From positions 160,001 through 224,000 of the forward strand of contig CAWJZV010000004.1 of assembly GCA_963847445.1 (NCBI GenBank): a stretch of DNA of 64,000 nt. Direction: 5' to 3'. This DNA is from an uncultured delta proteobacterium. GTDB lineage: Bacteria > Desulfobacterota > Binatia > UBA9968. The notes below the pieces were generated by a model. It was not told the origin of the DNA and made no database searches. It saw only the letters and a list, made by a program, of their open reading frames with translations. A program made the position numbers and the translations under genes. This document shows positions 55,087-64,000 of this stretch, piece by piece; positions within the stretch are counted from its first letter, which is position 1, and every line of letters starts with the position of its first letter.

Positions 55087-56513
55087 TTAGTCTTCATTCC
55101 GATCGACCAGAAACGAGCAGCCATCCGACAGCTGCGTCATGCGGCCGAGAAACAAACTACCTTTGGCCATGAGCAGCGCGTTGCGAATCGCGCCGCTCTC
55201 GAGCGCCGCCTTGGCATGACCCAAGTAAACGATAGCCGACGGAATATGACCCTGGGTCGGGGCGTAGCCTAGCATGCCGCGGCTGCGGACGAAATCCTCC
55301 ATCTGGTTCTTTTGAATCTGCCCGCGCATCACCGCCAAAGCGGCGAGGGTTAGATAATTCGTCCGCGGCACATCGCCGCTGCCGGAGGGAGCGGTGATTT
55401 CCGGGTTATGCAGCTCGACGCCGTAGCGGTCGACATCGGTCAGCTTCATGCCGAGCTTGGCTAAGGCTTTCTCGGCCAACTCCTCGGCCATCGCTTGCGC
55501 CGAACCGCCGGCGCGCACCGGATGAAACGCCGCGGAGTCCAGCCGCATGCAGACCTGCCCCGGTTTCGCCGCGCTGAGAATCGCCGCGAAACTGCCAAGC
55601 ATGTCTTCGAGCACCGGCATATTTTTTTTCAAATGGGACTCGAACTTCATGCCGAGCTTGGCCAACGACCCGCCGGCGACCACCGCGACCCGTTTCGCGA
55701 CGCCGGCTTGTATCATGCTCGCGCCCTGTACCATCGCATACATCGGACCGGCGCAGAACGCTTTGACATCGCAGCCCGAGGCGTTGCCGCAGCCGACGTC
55801 CTCGGCGATCGCCTTGGCCAGGTTGCCGCCGCCGCGATTGTAACGGTCGCCCACCGCTTCTTCGGAACAGCTGATGACGAAATCGATGTCATCGGGCTTG
55901 AGCGCCAAGCTGCGCTAACACCAGGCGCAACGCGTGGGCCGCGGAAACTTTACCGGATAAATTCTCCAATAAGACTTCGGCGGCCAGACTGGCGTCTTCT
56001 TCGTGAGCCGCCTCAAAGGCGCCGACGAGTTGGGACTCCGAATAAAGCGGCAGCGCGCCTTTGTCGCAGAGCTGTTGAAGTTCGCCCAGCGGCTTGAAGC
56101 GCGCCGCCCGGCCGATCGAATGTTTCGCCGCATGAGCTTGAAACCATTTCTCTTCGAACGAAATCAAATCGAACCGATCCGCGCCGGCGAGCAAAGCATA
56201 AAACTTCGCCTGATCGACCAGATCGCCAAAACGCCCCTGCGCCGTCGCCCCTTCGATCAGTTTCTCAAACCAAGGCTGCGGCAGATCGCGCAGTTTTTCC
56301 GGGCCGATGTTGCCAATGTAAACTTGATGCGGCGCGTAAGCCGTCGCCGCGGGAAAATCACGCAGGAGCCTGGCCAGATCGGCGGCCAGCGCTGGATTAC
56401 CACGCAACTCGCGAATCGGCTTCGAGCCAAAGCGCACCAGATCCGGCACATGGGCCAAGCGAATAGGAAACGCCCTCGATACCGACGCGATTAGGTCTTG
56501 TAAATTCTGCCAT
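55087..56513 (-). CDS. grdC: Glycine/sarcosine/betaine reductase component C beta subunit (KAS III-like fold), frameshifted
   Basis: AHVPDLVRFGSKP, AH.ED..L...VLLENL, CSEEAVGDRYNRGGGN.AKAIAE, AFCAGP, ELHNPEIT, PTQGHIPS, KGSLFLGRMT. Confidence 0.9.
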
Positions 56514-56542
56514 TCGATTAATCCAAAATGATACGCCTTTTA

Positions 56543-56803
56543 TTACTTGGCTTTGAGAGGAAACCTTGCTGGGTGAGCAATAATTTCTTCGCTCAAATCG
56601 ACGTCGAGATCCGGCCAATAGAAATGACCCGGTCTCGGCTCTTCCACGTTCAGTATTTTCCCCACCGGCACATCTCTAAACCATGGAAAATCTTCATAGG
56701 ACATGAACAATTCGCGGTCGCCAGCCAACAGCCAAATGCCATGACTTGAAATATGCGTAACTTCAATCGGGGAAGTATTCTTCCCAAGCGGGCCTACGCT
56801 CAT
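56543..56803 (-). CDS. DUF2442-family protein (putative antitoxin), no partner toxin
   Basis: EVTHISSHGIWLL...YEDFPWF...HFYWPDLDVDL...HP.RFPL. Confidence 0.85.
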   Translation of the reverse strand: MSVGPLGKNTSPIEVTHISSHGIWLLAGDRELFMSYEDFPWFRDVPVGKILNVEEPRPGHFYWPDLDVDLSEEIIAHPARFPLKAK

Positions 56804-56875
56804 TATATGTATCTCTCAATGAATTGTCTCTCAATCCAAAATCTTAGTTTTGCCTTTTTAATTTTTACTTTTGCC

Positions 56876-57928
56876 TTATCTTATGACCCTATCCGCCCGC
56901 GCCAGCACATTCGGCGGCACCGTCACGCCGATCTGCTTGGCGGCTTTCAAATTGACGACGAACTCAAACTTCGTCGGCTGCTCGACTGGAATGTCGGCGG
57001 GCTTGGTGCCTTTCAAGATCTTGTCGACAAAGTCAGCGGCGCGCCGGAATAAGTCCGCATTGTTCGGCGCGTAGCTCATCAAGCCGCCGGCCTCGACAAA
57101 CTCAGTGTATGCGTACATCGCCGGCAAACGGTTCTTTGCCACGAATTCCAACACTTGGCGGTGCTGAGTATTGATAAGTGCACCTGTGGTCGTAATGAGC
57201 GCCTGGGCGCCGTCCCTTTTCGCCCGCGCGAATGCGCTGTCAAAATCGTCAAGGCTTCGCACCGAAAGCGATAGAAGTTTGAGTCCCAACGCCTTGGCCA
57301 CAGCCTCCATGTCTGTGAGGGGCAGGTTTCCCATCGTGCCACCCGATCCTCGCCATAGGAAGGCCACCCGGACAACCTTAGGGAAGGCTTCCTTGAGCAG
57401 CTCCAACCGTTTGCCATCTAGATCCGTCACCATTAGGCTAAGTCCGGTGATATTCCCTCCTGGTCGCGCCAAGCTGGCGACAATCCCAGTTCCTACTGGA
57501 TCGTTCGTACCGCCGAACACGATGGGAATTGTCGCGCTCGCCTTCTTAGCAGCTAAAACAGATTGGACTCCGGTGGTGACGATGACGTCAACTTTGAGAC
57601 GGACCAGTTCGGCTGCAAGGTCAGGCAACCGTTCGAGTTTCCCTTCTGCATATCGGTACTCAATGAAAATGTTTTTCCCTTCGACATAGCCAAGCTCGCG
57701 CAGCCGTTGGCGAAATGCCTCGATCCGGGCCGAAATGAAGGACGCGGAGGGCGGGGCCAGAATTCCTATCCGGGGAATTCCCGCCGGCTGCTGTGCCTCT
57801 ACCACCACCCCGCACATCACGAGCGTGAGGGCGATGATGACAGTCCCACCCCATTTTGGATTTTTGATTTTGGATTTCGGATTGTCGGGGGAAGAAACCC
57901 ACCATCGCATCCAATGCTTATTGCTCAT
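56876..57928 (-). CDS. ABC_sub_bind-type (type I fold) substrate-binding protein, tandem copy 1
   Basis: RIGIL, LRELGYVEGKN, DPV..G.V.SLARPGGNITG, AGGLMSY, PVEQPTKFEFVVNLKAAKQIG. Confidence 0.93.
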   Translation of the reverse strand: MSNKHWMRWWVSSPDNPKSKIKNPKWGGTVIIALTLVMCGVVVEAQQPAGIPRIGILAPPSASFISARIEAFRQRLRELGYVEGKNIFIEYRYAEGKLERLPDLAAELVRLKVDVIVTTGVQSVLAAKKASATIPIVFGGTNDPVGTGIVASLARPGGNITGLSLMVTDLDGKRLELLKEAFPKVVRVAFLWRGSGGTMGNLPLTDMEAVAKALGLKLLSLSVRSLDDFDSAFARAKRDGAQALITTTGALINTQHRQVLEFVAKNRLPAMYAYTEFVEAGGLMSYAPNNADLFRRAADFVDKILKGTKPADIPVEQPTKFEFVVNLKAAKQIGVTVPPNVLARADRVIR

Positions 57929-57971
57929 GTTCTTTTCCCCAATCCAAAATCGAAAATCCAAAGTCCAAAAT
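57853..57971. repeat. Heptamer hairpin (ATTTTGG)n...(CCAAAAT)n enclosing the start of copy 1
   Basis: About 32-nt arms 57853-57884 and 57940-57971. Confidence 0.88.
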
Positions 57972-59020
57972 TATTTTAAGACGCGGTCCGCCCGCGCCAG
58001 CACATTCGGCGGAACCGTCACGCCGATCTGCTTGGCGGCTTTTAGATTGACGACGAACTCGAACTTCGTCGGCTGCTCGACGGGAATGTCGCCGGGCTTT
58101 GTGCCCTTCAATATCTTGTCGACAAAGTCAGCGGCGCGCCGCCATTGGTCCGTTTGGCTTGGCGCGTAGCTCATCAAGCCGCCAGCCTCAACCCACTCAC
58201 TCGTTGGGTACATCGCCGGCAACCGATTCTTTGCCGCGAAGTCCAACACTTGGCGTTGCTGAGTAGTGATAAGTCCACCTACGGCCGTAATGAGCGCCTG
58301 GACGCCTTCCCTTTTCGCTCGTGCAAATGCGCTCTCAAAATCGTCCAGGCTTCGCACCTCCAGCGATAGAAGTTTGAGTCGCAACGCCTTGGCCGCAGCT
58401 TCCATGTCTGTAAGGGTTAAGTTTCCTCTCGCACCACCCGACCCCCCCCAGAGGAAGGCCACCCGGGCAATCTTAGGGAAGGCTTCCTTGAGCAGCTCCA
58501 ACCGCTTGCCATCTAGATCTGGCGCCATCACGCTAAGTCCGGTGATATTCCCTCCTGGTCGCGCCAGGCTGGAAACGAACCCACTTCCTACTGGATCGGA
58601 AGCAAGAGCGAATACGATGGGAATCGTCGCGCTCGCTTTCTTAGCAGCTAAAACAGCCGAGCTGACGGTGACGATAACATCAACTTTGAGACCGACCAGT
58701 TCGGCTGCAAGGGCAGGCAGCCGTTCGAGTTTCCCCTCTGCATATCGGTACTCAATGACAATGTTTTTCCCTTGGACATAGCCAAGCTCGCGCAGCCGTT
58801 GGCGAAATGCTTCGAGCCGGGCCGAAATGTTGGACGCGGAGGTCGTGATCAGAATTCCTATCTGGGGAATTCCCGCCGGCTGCTGCGCCTCGACCACCAC
58901 CCCGCACATCGCGAGCGTGAGGGCGATGACGACAGTCCCACCCCATTTTGGATTTTTGATTTTGGATTTTGGATTGTCGGAAGAAGAAACCCACCATCGC
59001 ATCCAATGCTTTTTGCTCAT
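57971..59020 (-). CDS. ABC_sub_bind-type substrate-binding protein, tandem copy 2
   Basis: Intact 349-aa ORF with the same framework as copy 1. Confidence 0.93.
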   Translation of the reverse strand: MSKKHWMRWWVSSSDNPKSKIKNPKWGGTVVIALTLAMCGVVVEAQQPAGIPQIGILITTSASNISARLEAFRQRLRELGYVQGKNIVIEYRYAEGKLERLPALAAELVGLKVDVIVTVSSAVLAAKKASATIPIVFALASDPVGSGFVSSLARPGGNITGLSVMAPDLDGKRLELLKEAFPKIARVAFLWGGSGGARGNLTLTDMEAAAKALRLKLLSLEVRSLDDFESAFARAKREGVQALITAVGGLITTQQRQVLDFAAKNRLPAMYPTSEWVEAGGLMSYAPSQTDQWRRAADFVDKILKGTKPGDIPVEQPTKFEFVVNLKAAKQIGVTVPPNVLARADRVLK

Positions 59021-59063
59021 GTTCTTTTCCCCAATCCAAAATCGAAAATCTAAAATCCAAAAT
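58945..59063. repeat. Heptamer hairpin enclosing the start of copy 2
   Basis: Arms 58945-58976 and 59032-59063. Confidence 0.88.
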
Positions 59064-60116
59064 TATTTTAAGACTCGATCCGCCCGCGCCAGCACATTCG
59101 GCGGAACCGTCACGCCGATCTGCTTCGGCGATCTTCAGGTTGATCGACGAACTCAAACTTCGTCGGCTGCTCGACGGGAATGTCGGCGGGCTTGGTGCCT
59201 TTCAAGATCTTGTCGACAAAGTCAGCGGCGCGCCGCCATAAGTCCGCATAGTTCGGCGCGTAGCTCATCAAGCCGCCGGCCTCAACAAACTCACTCGTCT
59301 GGGTACATCGCCGGCAACCGGTTCTTTGCCGCGAAGTCCAACACTTGACGTTGCTGAGTAGTGATAAGTGGACCTGGGGTCGTAATGAGCGCCTGGGCGC
59401 GTTCCCTTTTCGCTCGCGCGAATGCGCTCTCAAAATCGTCAAGGCTTCGCACCTCAAGCGATTGAAGTTTGACTCCCAACGCCTTGGCCGCAGCCTCCAT
59501 GTCTGTGAGAGCTCAGGTTTCCCCTCGTACCACCCGATTCCCAGAGGAACGCCACGCGGGCAACCTTGGGGAAGGCTTCCTTGAGCAGTTCCAACCGTTT
59601 GCCATCTAGATCCGGCGCCATGATGGCAAAGTCCGGTGATATTCCCGCCTGGTCGCGCCAGGCTGGAGACAAGCCCAGCTCCTACTGGATCGGCAGCAGA
59701 GCCGAATACGATGGGAATTGTCGCGCTCGCCTTTTTAGCAGCTAAAATAGCCCGGGCCGGTGGCGACGATGACGTCAACTTTGAGACGGACCAGCTCGGC
59801 TGCAAGGTCAGGCAGCCGTTCGGGTTTCCCTTCTGCGTATCGGTACTCAATGAAAATGTTTTTCCCTTCGACGTAGCCAAGCTCGCGCAGCCGTTGGCGA
59901 AATGCTTCGACCCGGGCCGAAATGACGGACGCGGAGAACGGGATCAGAATTCCTATCCGGGGAATTCTCGCCGGCTGCTGCGCCTCGGCCACAACCCCGC
60001 ACATTGCGAGTGCGAGCACGAGGGCGACAGAGCCCCACCGATTTTGGATTTTGGATTTTCGATTTTGGATTGTCGGATCGAAGCCAGCGAATTGCAGTCC
60101 AAAATTTCTTTGTCAT
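59063..60116 (-). CDS. ABC_sub_bind-type substrate-binding protein, tandem copy 3 (several indels)
   Basis: Fragments 59847-60116, 59735-60019, 59454-59672, 59291-59500 and 59110-59880 tile the same protein. Confidence 0.88.
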
Positions 60117-60173
60117 GTCCTAGTCCTCCAATCCAAAATCCAAAAGCGGCCCCGCGGACGCAAATCCAAAATC
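60040..60173. repeat. Heptamer hairpin enclosing the start of copy 3 (GC-rich insert in one arm)
   Basis: gattttggattttggattttcgattttggattg ... caatccaaaatccaaaa[gcggccccgcggacgc]aaatccaaaatc. Confidence 0.85.
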
Positions 60174-60179
60174 AGTATT

Positions 60180-61231
60180 CTAATGACCCGATCCGCCCGC
60201 GCCAGCACATTCGGCGGGAATCGTCAGGCCGATCTGCTTGGCGGCTTTCAGATTGATGACGAACTCGAACTTCGTCGGCTGCTCGACGGGAATGTCGCCG
60301 GGCTTTGTGCCCTTCAAGATTTTGTCGACAAAGTCAGCGGCGCGCCGGAATAAGTCCGCATAGCTCGGCGCGTAGCTCATCAAGCCGCCGGCCTCAACCA
60401 ACTCACTCGTTGGGTACATCGCCGGCAACCGGTTCTTGGCCGCGAAGTCCAACACTTGGCGTTGCTGAGTAGTGATAAGTGGACCTGGTGGTCGTAATGA
60501 GCGCCTGGGCGCCGTCCCTTTTCGCTCGCGCGAATGCGCCCTCAAAATCGTCAAGGCTTCGCACCTCAAGCGATTGAAGTTTGACTCCCAACGCCTTGGC
60601 CGCAGCCTCCATTTCTGTGAGAACCAGGTTTCCCCTCGGACCACTCGATCTGGCCAGAGGAAGGCCACCCGGGCAACCTTGGGGAAGGCTTCCTTGAGCA
60701 GTTCCAATCGTTTGCCATCTAGATCTGGCGACATGACGCTAAGTCCGGTGATATTCCCGCCTGGTCGTGCCAGGCTGGAAACAAACCCAGTTCCTACTGG
60801 ATCGCCAGAAGAGGCGAATACGATGGGAATTGTCGCGCTCGCCTTCTTGGCAGCTAAAGCAGCGCGGCCGGTGGTGACGATGACGTCAACTTTGAGACGG
60901 ACCAGCTCGGCTGCAAGGTCAGGCAGCCGTTCGCGTTTCCCTTCTGCGTATCGGTACTCAATGAGAATGTTTTTCCCTTCGACATAGCCAAGCTCGCGCA
61001 GCCGTTGGCGAAATGCTTCGACCCGGGCCGAAAAGAAGGACGCGGAGGCCGTGATCAGAATTCCTATCCGGGGAATTCTCGCCGGCTGCTGCGCCTCGAC
61101 CACACCCCGCAGATCGACGAACGTGATGACGAGAGTGACAAGCCCCACCGATTTTAGACTGCGAGGCCGATTTTGGATTTTGATTTTGGATTTCGGAACA
61201 AAGCCGCCATCGCATCCAATCTCTTTGTCAT
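60180..61231 (-). CDS. ABC_sub_bind-type substrate-binding protein, tandem copy 4 (indels)
   Basis: ORF 60180-61262 plus 60403-60612 give the same framework. Confidence 0.9.
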
Positions 61232-61272
61232 GTTCTATTCCCAATCCAAAATGCCAGGTCAAAATCCAAAAT
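61150..61272. repeat. Heptamer hairpin enclosing the start of copy 4
   Basis: gattttag[..]gattttggattttgattttggatttcgg ... caatccaaaat[..]caaaatccaaaat. Confidence 0.8.
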
Positions 61273-61283
61273 GACTTGCCTTT

Positions 61284-61844
61284 CTAGCTCCGTGAAGCTG
61301 TGATGCTTCAAGAACACCTCAGCATCGCCGGCAGAGAAGAAGACCAATTTGACGGCATCGATCGATTTATCAACCGACAGAAACTGCTCGATGGTGCGCG
61401 ACGACACACCCGCTGCCTTATCCATCGGATAACCGTAAATCCCGGTGGAGATCGCCGGGAAAGCGATTGACTTGAGTCCATGCGTCAACGGCTAGACGTA
61501 ATGAATTGAAATAGCACGCCGCCAACAGTTCGGCCTTGTCCGACGCCACCGCTGCCGTAGACCGGACCGACGGTGTGAATCACATACTTCGCTGGCAATT
61601 TTCCACCTATGGTGATCACCGCCTCTCCGGTGGGCAATCCATCGGGATACTGTGTCCGGCGAATCTCCGCGCAAGCCGCTTTGATCTCCGGCCCGCCGGC
61701 GCGGTGAATCGCGCCGTCCACACCGCCGCCACCCATCAACGTGCCATTGGCCGCGTTGACGATGGCGTCGACCGCTTCTTTGGTGATGTCGCCGACATTG
61801 ATCGCGACCCGGCCAGCCAAGTAGGTTTTAAGCGCAGTCATCAT
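61284..61844 (-). CDS. Macrodomain O-acetyl-ADP-ribose deacetylase (YmdB-like), frameshifted
   Basis: [50 protein letters not shown]; end approximate. Confidence 0.92.
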
Positions 61845-61920
61845 CTCTCCCGCTTTATATTACTATCGCGCAAGTTTGCGAGCTTGGGCAAATCATGATT
61901 CGAAGCTCTCGATCGGAATT

Positions 61921-62060
61921 CCTCCCGCAAGGCGCAAAGAGCCAAGTTCGGAATTGTTGTCATTTCGACCGGCGGGAGAAATCTTCAGATCCCTCGCGAT
62001 TGCTCGGGATGACGGGCATCGGTTCCACCTTTGCGCCTTAGCGCCTTTGCGGGAGAGATT
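61921..62060. repeat. Second copy of the composite element at 27442-27590
   Basis: cccgcaaggcgcaaagagccaagttcggaattgttgtcatttcgacc...cgggatgacgggcatcgg...gcgcctttgcgggag. Confidence 0.85.
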
Positions 62061-62395
62061 CCGGTTTCGGTTGCACCTGTTCGCCAACAGGCGAAGCTCT
62101 TTTTCCCAGCGCAGTCTGGGGAAAACATGAGTTGCAATCTATTAGAATTTGCCACGCCTGCGCAAATTGTGTTGCCACCCGTCGCCGCTCCACCACCCCA
62201 GGGCGTATGACATACGCCACATTTCGGATCTCGTTTTGCGCCCTTTGCGTTCCTTGCGGCCATTCTTCCGAATCCGCATCTTCTCTCTGTGACCTCTGTC
62301 ACAGCGTCACACTGGTCAAGCGCGCGCGCTTGACTCCCGCGCCACAAACAAGCCAAAGTACCAGCCGATTCCAGCTCAACATCGCGAGGCTCTCG

Positions 62396-63362
62396 ATGAT
62401 CGTCAACTGTGTCGCCTATGAGAACGGACGGAGACTAACCAACATACCGGTGAGCGAGATTCATTCCTACATTTCTCACGCGGATTGTTTCGTCTGGGTG
62501 GCGCTCAACGACGCGACACCGGAAGAGCTCCAGGCGATGCAAGAGGAATTCGGCCTCCACGATCTCGCTCTGGAAGATGCCCAGCATGGCCATCAGCGGC
62601 CGAAGATTGAAGAATACGAAGACTCGCTGTTTGCCGTCTTGCAAATGATCGAACGCAGCGGTGACGAGTTGAATGTTGGCGAGGTCGGCATATTCGTCGG
62701 CACCAATTATGTTCTGTCGGTGCGCTCCGGCGCCGAACGCGGCTTTACCGATGTGCGCGCCCGCTGCGAGCGCGAGCCCGAACTATCTGCGCCATGGCTC
62801 GGGCTACGTCCTCTACGCTCTGATGGACGCGGTCGTCGACCGTTATTTTCCAATACTCGACGATCTCGAAACCGAGATTGAAAATATCGAAGACCGCATG
62901 TTCGCCAACCAGAACGCCAGGGATAACATCGAGGCGCTCTACGATTTGAAGCGCAAGTTGTTGACTCTCAAGCATGCCACCGAGCCGTTGCTCGAAGCCA
63001 CCAGCAAACTGTTCGGCGGCCGCGTGCCGCGGCTGGCGGTGGGACTGCAAGACTATTTCCGTGATGTTTACGATCATGTGCTGCGCGTGCACCAATCCGT
63101 CGACAGCCTGCGCGACATGATCACTACCGCCATCTCGGTGGCGATCTCGCTCATCACGATTCAAGAAAACGAAGTGACCAAGCGACTCGCCGGCTATGGC
63201 GCTTTGGTCACGGTGCCGACATTAATCGCAGGGATTTACGGCATGAACTTCCAGCACATGCCGGAACTTAGCTCGCCCTGGGGTTATCCGTTCACCGTCG
63301 CGGCAATGATCGCCATCGATCTCTTTTTGTTCTGGCGCTTCCGCAAAGCCAAGTGGATTTAG
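62396..63362 (+). CDS. corA: Mg2+/Co2+ transporter CorA (one indel)
   Basis: LHDLALEDA..GHQRPKIEEY, YFRDVYDH, GIYGMNF.HMPEL. Confidence 0.95.
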
Positions 63363-63499
63363 CTCGCCGGCAACGAAATCGTTTGGATTCGATGGCGCAC
63401 GAGAGAGAGGGTCAGTCGCTCGCCAATGGCGCGAAGATTCGCCGCGAGCCATGAACTTTGGCAAAGTCGTATTCATTCCAAGGTAATCGTTTGGAACCG

Positions 63500-64000
63500 T
63501 TGAGCCGCACCGAACCAACTCCCGAGTTACAGGACACTGAACCGCGGTGGCCGGCTTTCGTAGCCGTGCTGGCGGCGGGCGGTCTCTATGCCGCATTACC
63601 CGAAGTCTTGACCATGGGCCCGCGTTGGCTCTTTCCATCGGTCGTTTTGGCGCTGCTGATTCCCAACATCGTTTCTCATCATACCGGCAGCCATCGGCTT
63701 AACACGCTCATCGGATTCACCGTCGACGCTGTGCTCACGGCCGGACTCATTATAGCCCTCGGACTCTTAGTCACTGCTCTGCCGACGAAGAAGGTAACGC
63801 CCATCGCGCTGCTGCTCGCGGCGGCATCCCTGTGGGTTACCAATATTCTAGTCTTTGCACTGTGGTATTGGCGGCTGGATGCCGGCGGGCCGCATCAACG
63901 GGACAAACGCGCGGTACACAGCGAAGGGGCGTTTCTCTTTCCGCAAATGACTATGAGCGAAGCTGCGTTGAGACAAACCGGCCAACGGCGCTGGTCGCCG
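63500..64000 (+). CDS. DUF1345-like membrane protein (start uncertain, runs off window)
   Basis: Manual translation EPRWPAFVAVLA...GPRWL...LWVTNILVFALWYWRLDAGGP...FLFPQM. Confidence 0.8.
   Translation, partial: MSRTEPTPELQDTEPRWPAFVAVLAAGGLYAALPEVLTMGPRWLFPSVVLALLIPNIVSHHTGSHRLNTLIGFTVDAVLTAGLIIALGLLVTALPTKKVTPIALLLAAASLWVTNILVFALWYWRLDAGGPHQRDKRAVHSEGAFLFPQMTMSEAALRQTGQRRWSP

Noticed and set aside
56871-60987. Recurrent antisense ORFs (TRSARASTFGG...) opposite the SBP copies
   Set aside because: Their recurrence follows from sense-strand conservation; no RBS or independent evidence.
56876-61272. Classical diversity-generating retroelement
   Set aside because: No reverse transcriptase, Avd or template repeat in the window, and variation is not limited to a 3' region; kept only as an in-trans hypothesis.

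Overview
GC-rich bacterial contig. The gene style (many solitary ABC substrate-binding proteins, Rieske/UbiD/LigAB enzymes, heptamer/nonamer intergenic hairpins) is what I associate with Candidatus Binatia-type 'Deltaproteobacteria'; this is inference, not a search result. Single-base indels break many genes, including metH, gpmI, proA/proB and rplU, which points to an unpolished long-read consensus. I therefore rebuilt genes across frames, and several apparent ORF fusions are artefacts. Layout: (1-16 kb) housekeeping block sahR-like/metH, DTW, methyltransferase, comF, gpmI, rsfS, nadD, proA, proB, obgE, rpmA, rplU, lemA-TPM-TPM. (16-41 kb) aromatic/organic-acid catabolism and transport region: acyl-CoA synthetase, one complete ABC importer, LVIVD protein, LigB and LigA separated by ~2.8 kb of small genes with half attC-like sites, Rieske oxygenase, UbiD, bicupin, M20 hydrolase and several orphan SBPs. 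(42-54 kb) mltD-like, gltA, sixA, polar amino-acid ABC, FkbM, OCD-family, sthA, PPOX, HAD. (54-56.5 kb) grdC and a UGA-split selenoprotein grdA with a SECIS-like hairpin. (56.9-61.3 kb) four ~1.1-kb tandem ABC_sub_bind-type SBP genes, each headed by a heptamer-repeat hairpin around its start codon. They share a near-identical framework but differ in about eight hypervariable loops, where changes fall mostly at codon positions 1-2. This array is the best candidate for an undescribed diversification system. The window ends with a macrodomain, corA and a DUF1345-like gene. No rRNA, tRNA, CRISPR array, integrase, transposase or reverse transcriptase was seen.
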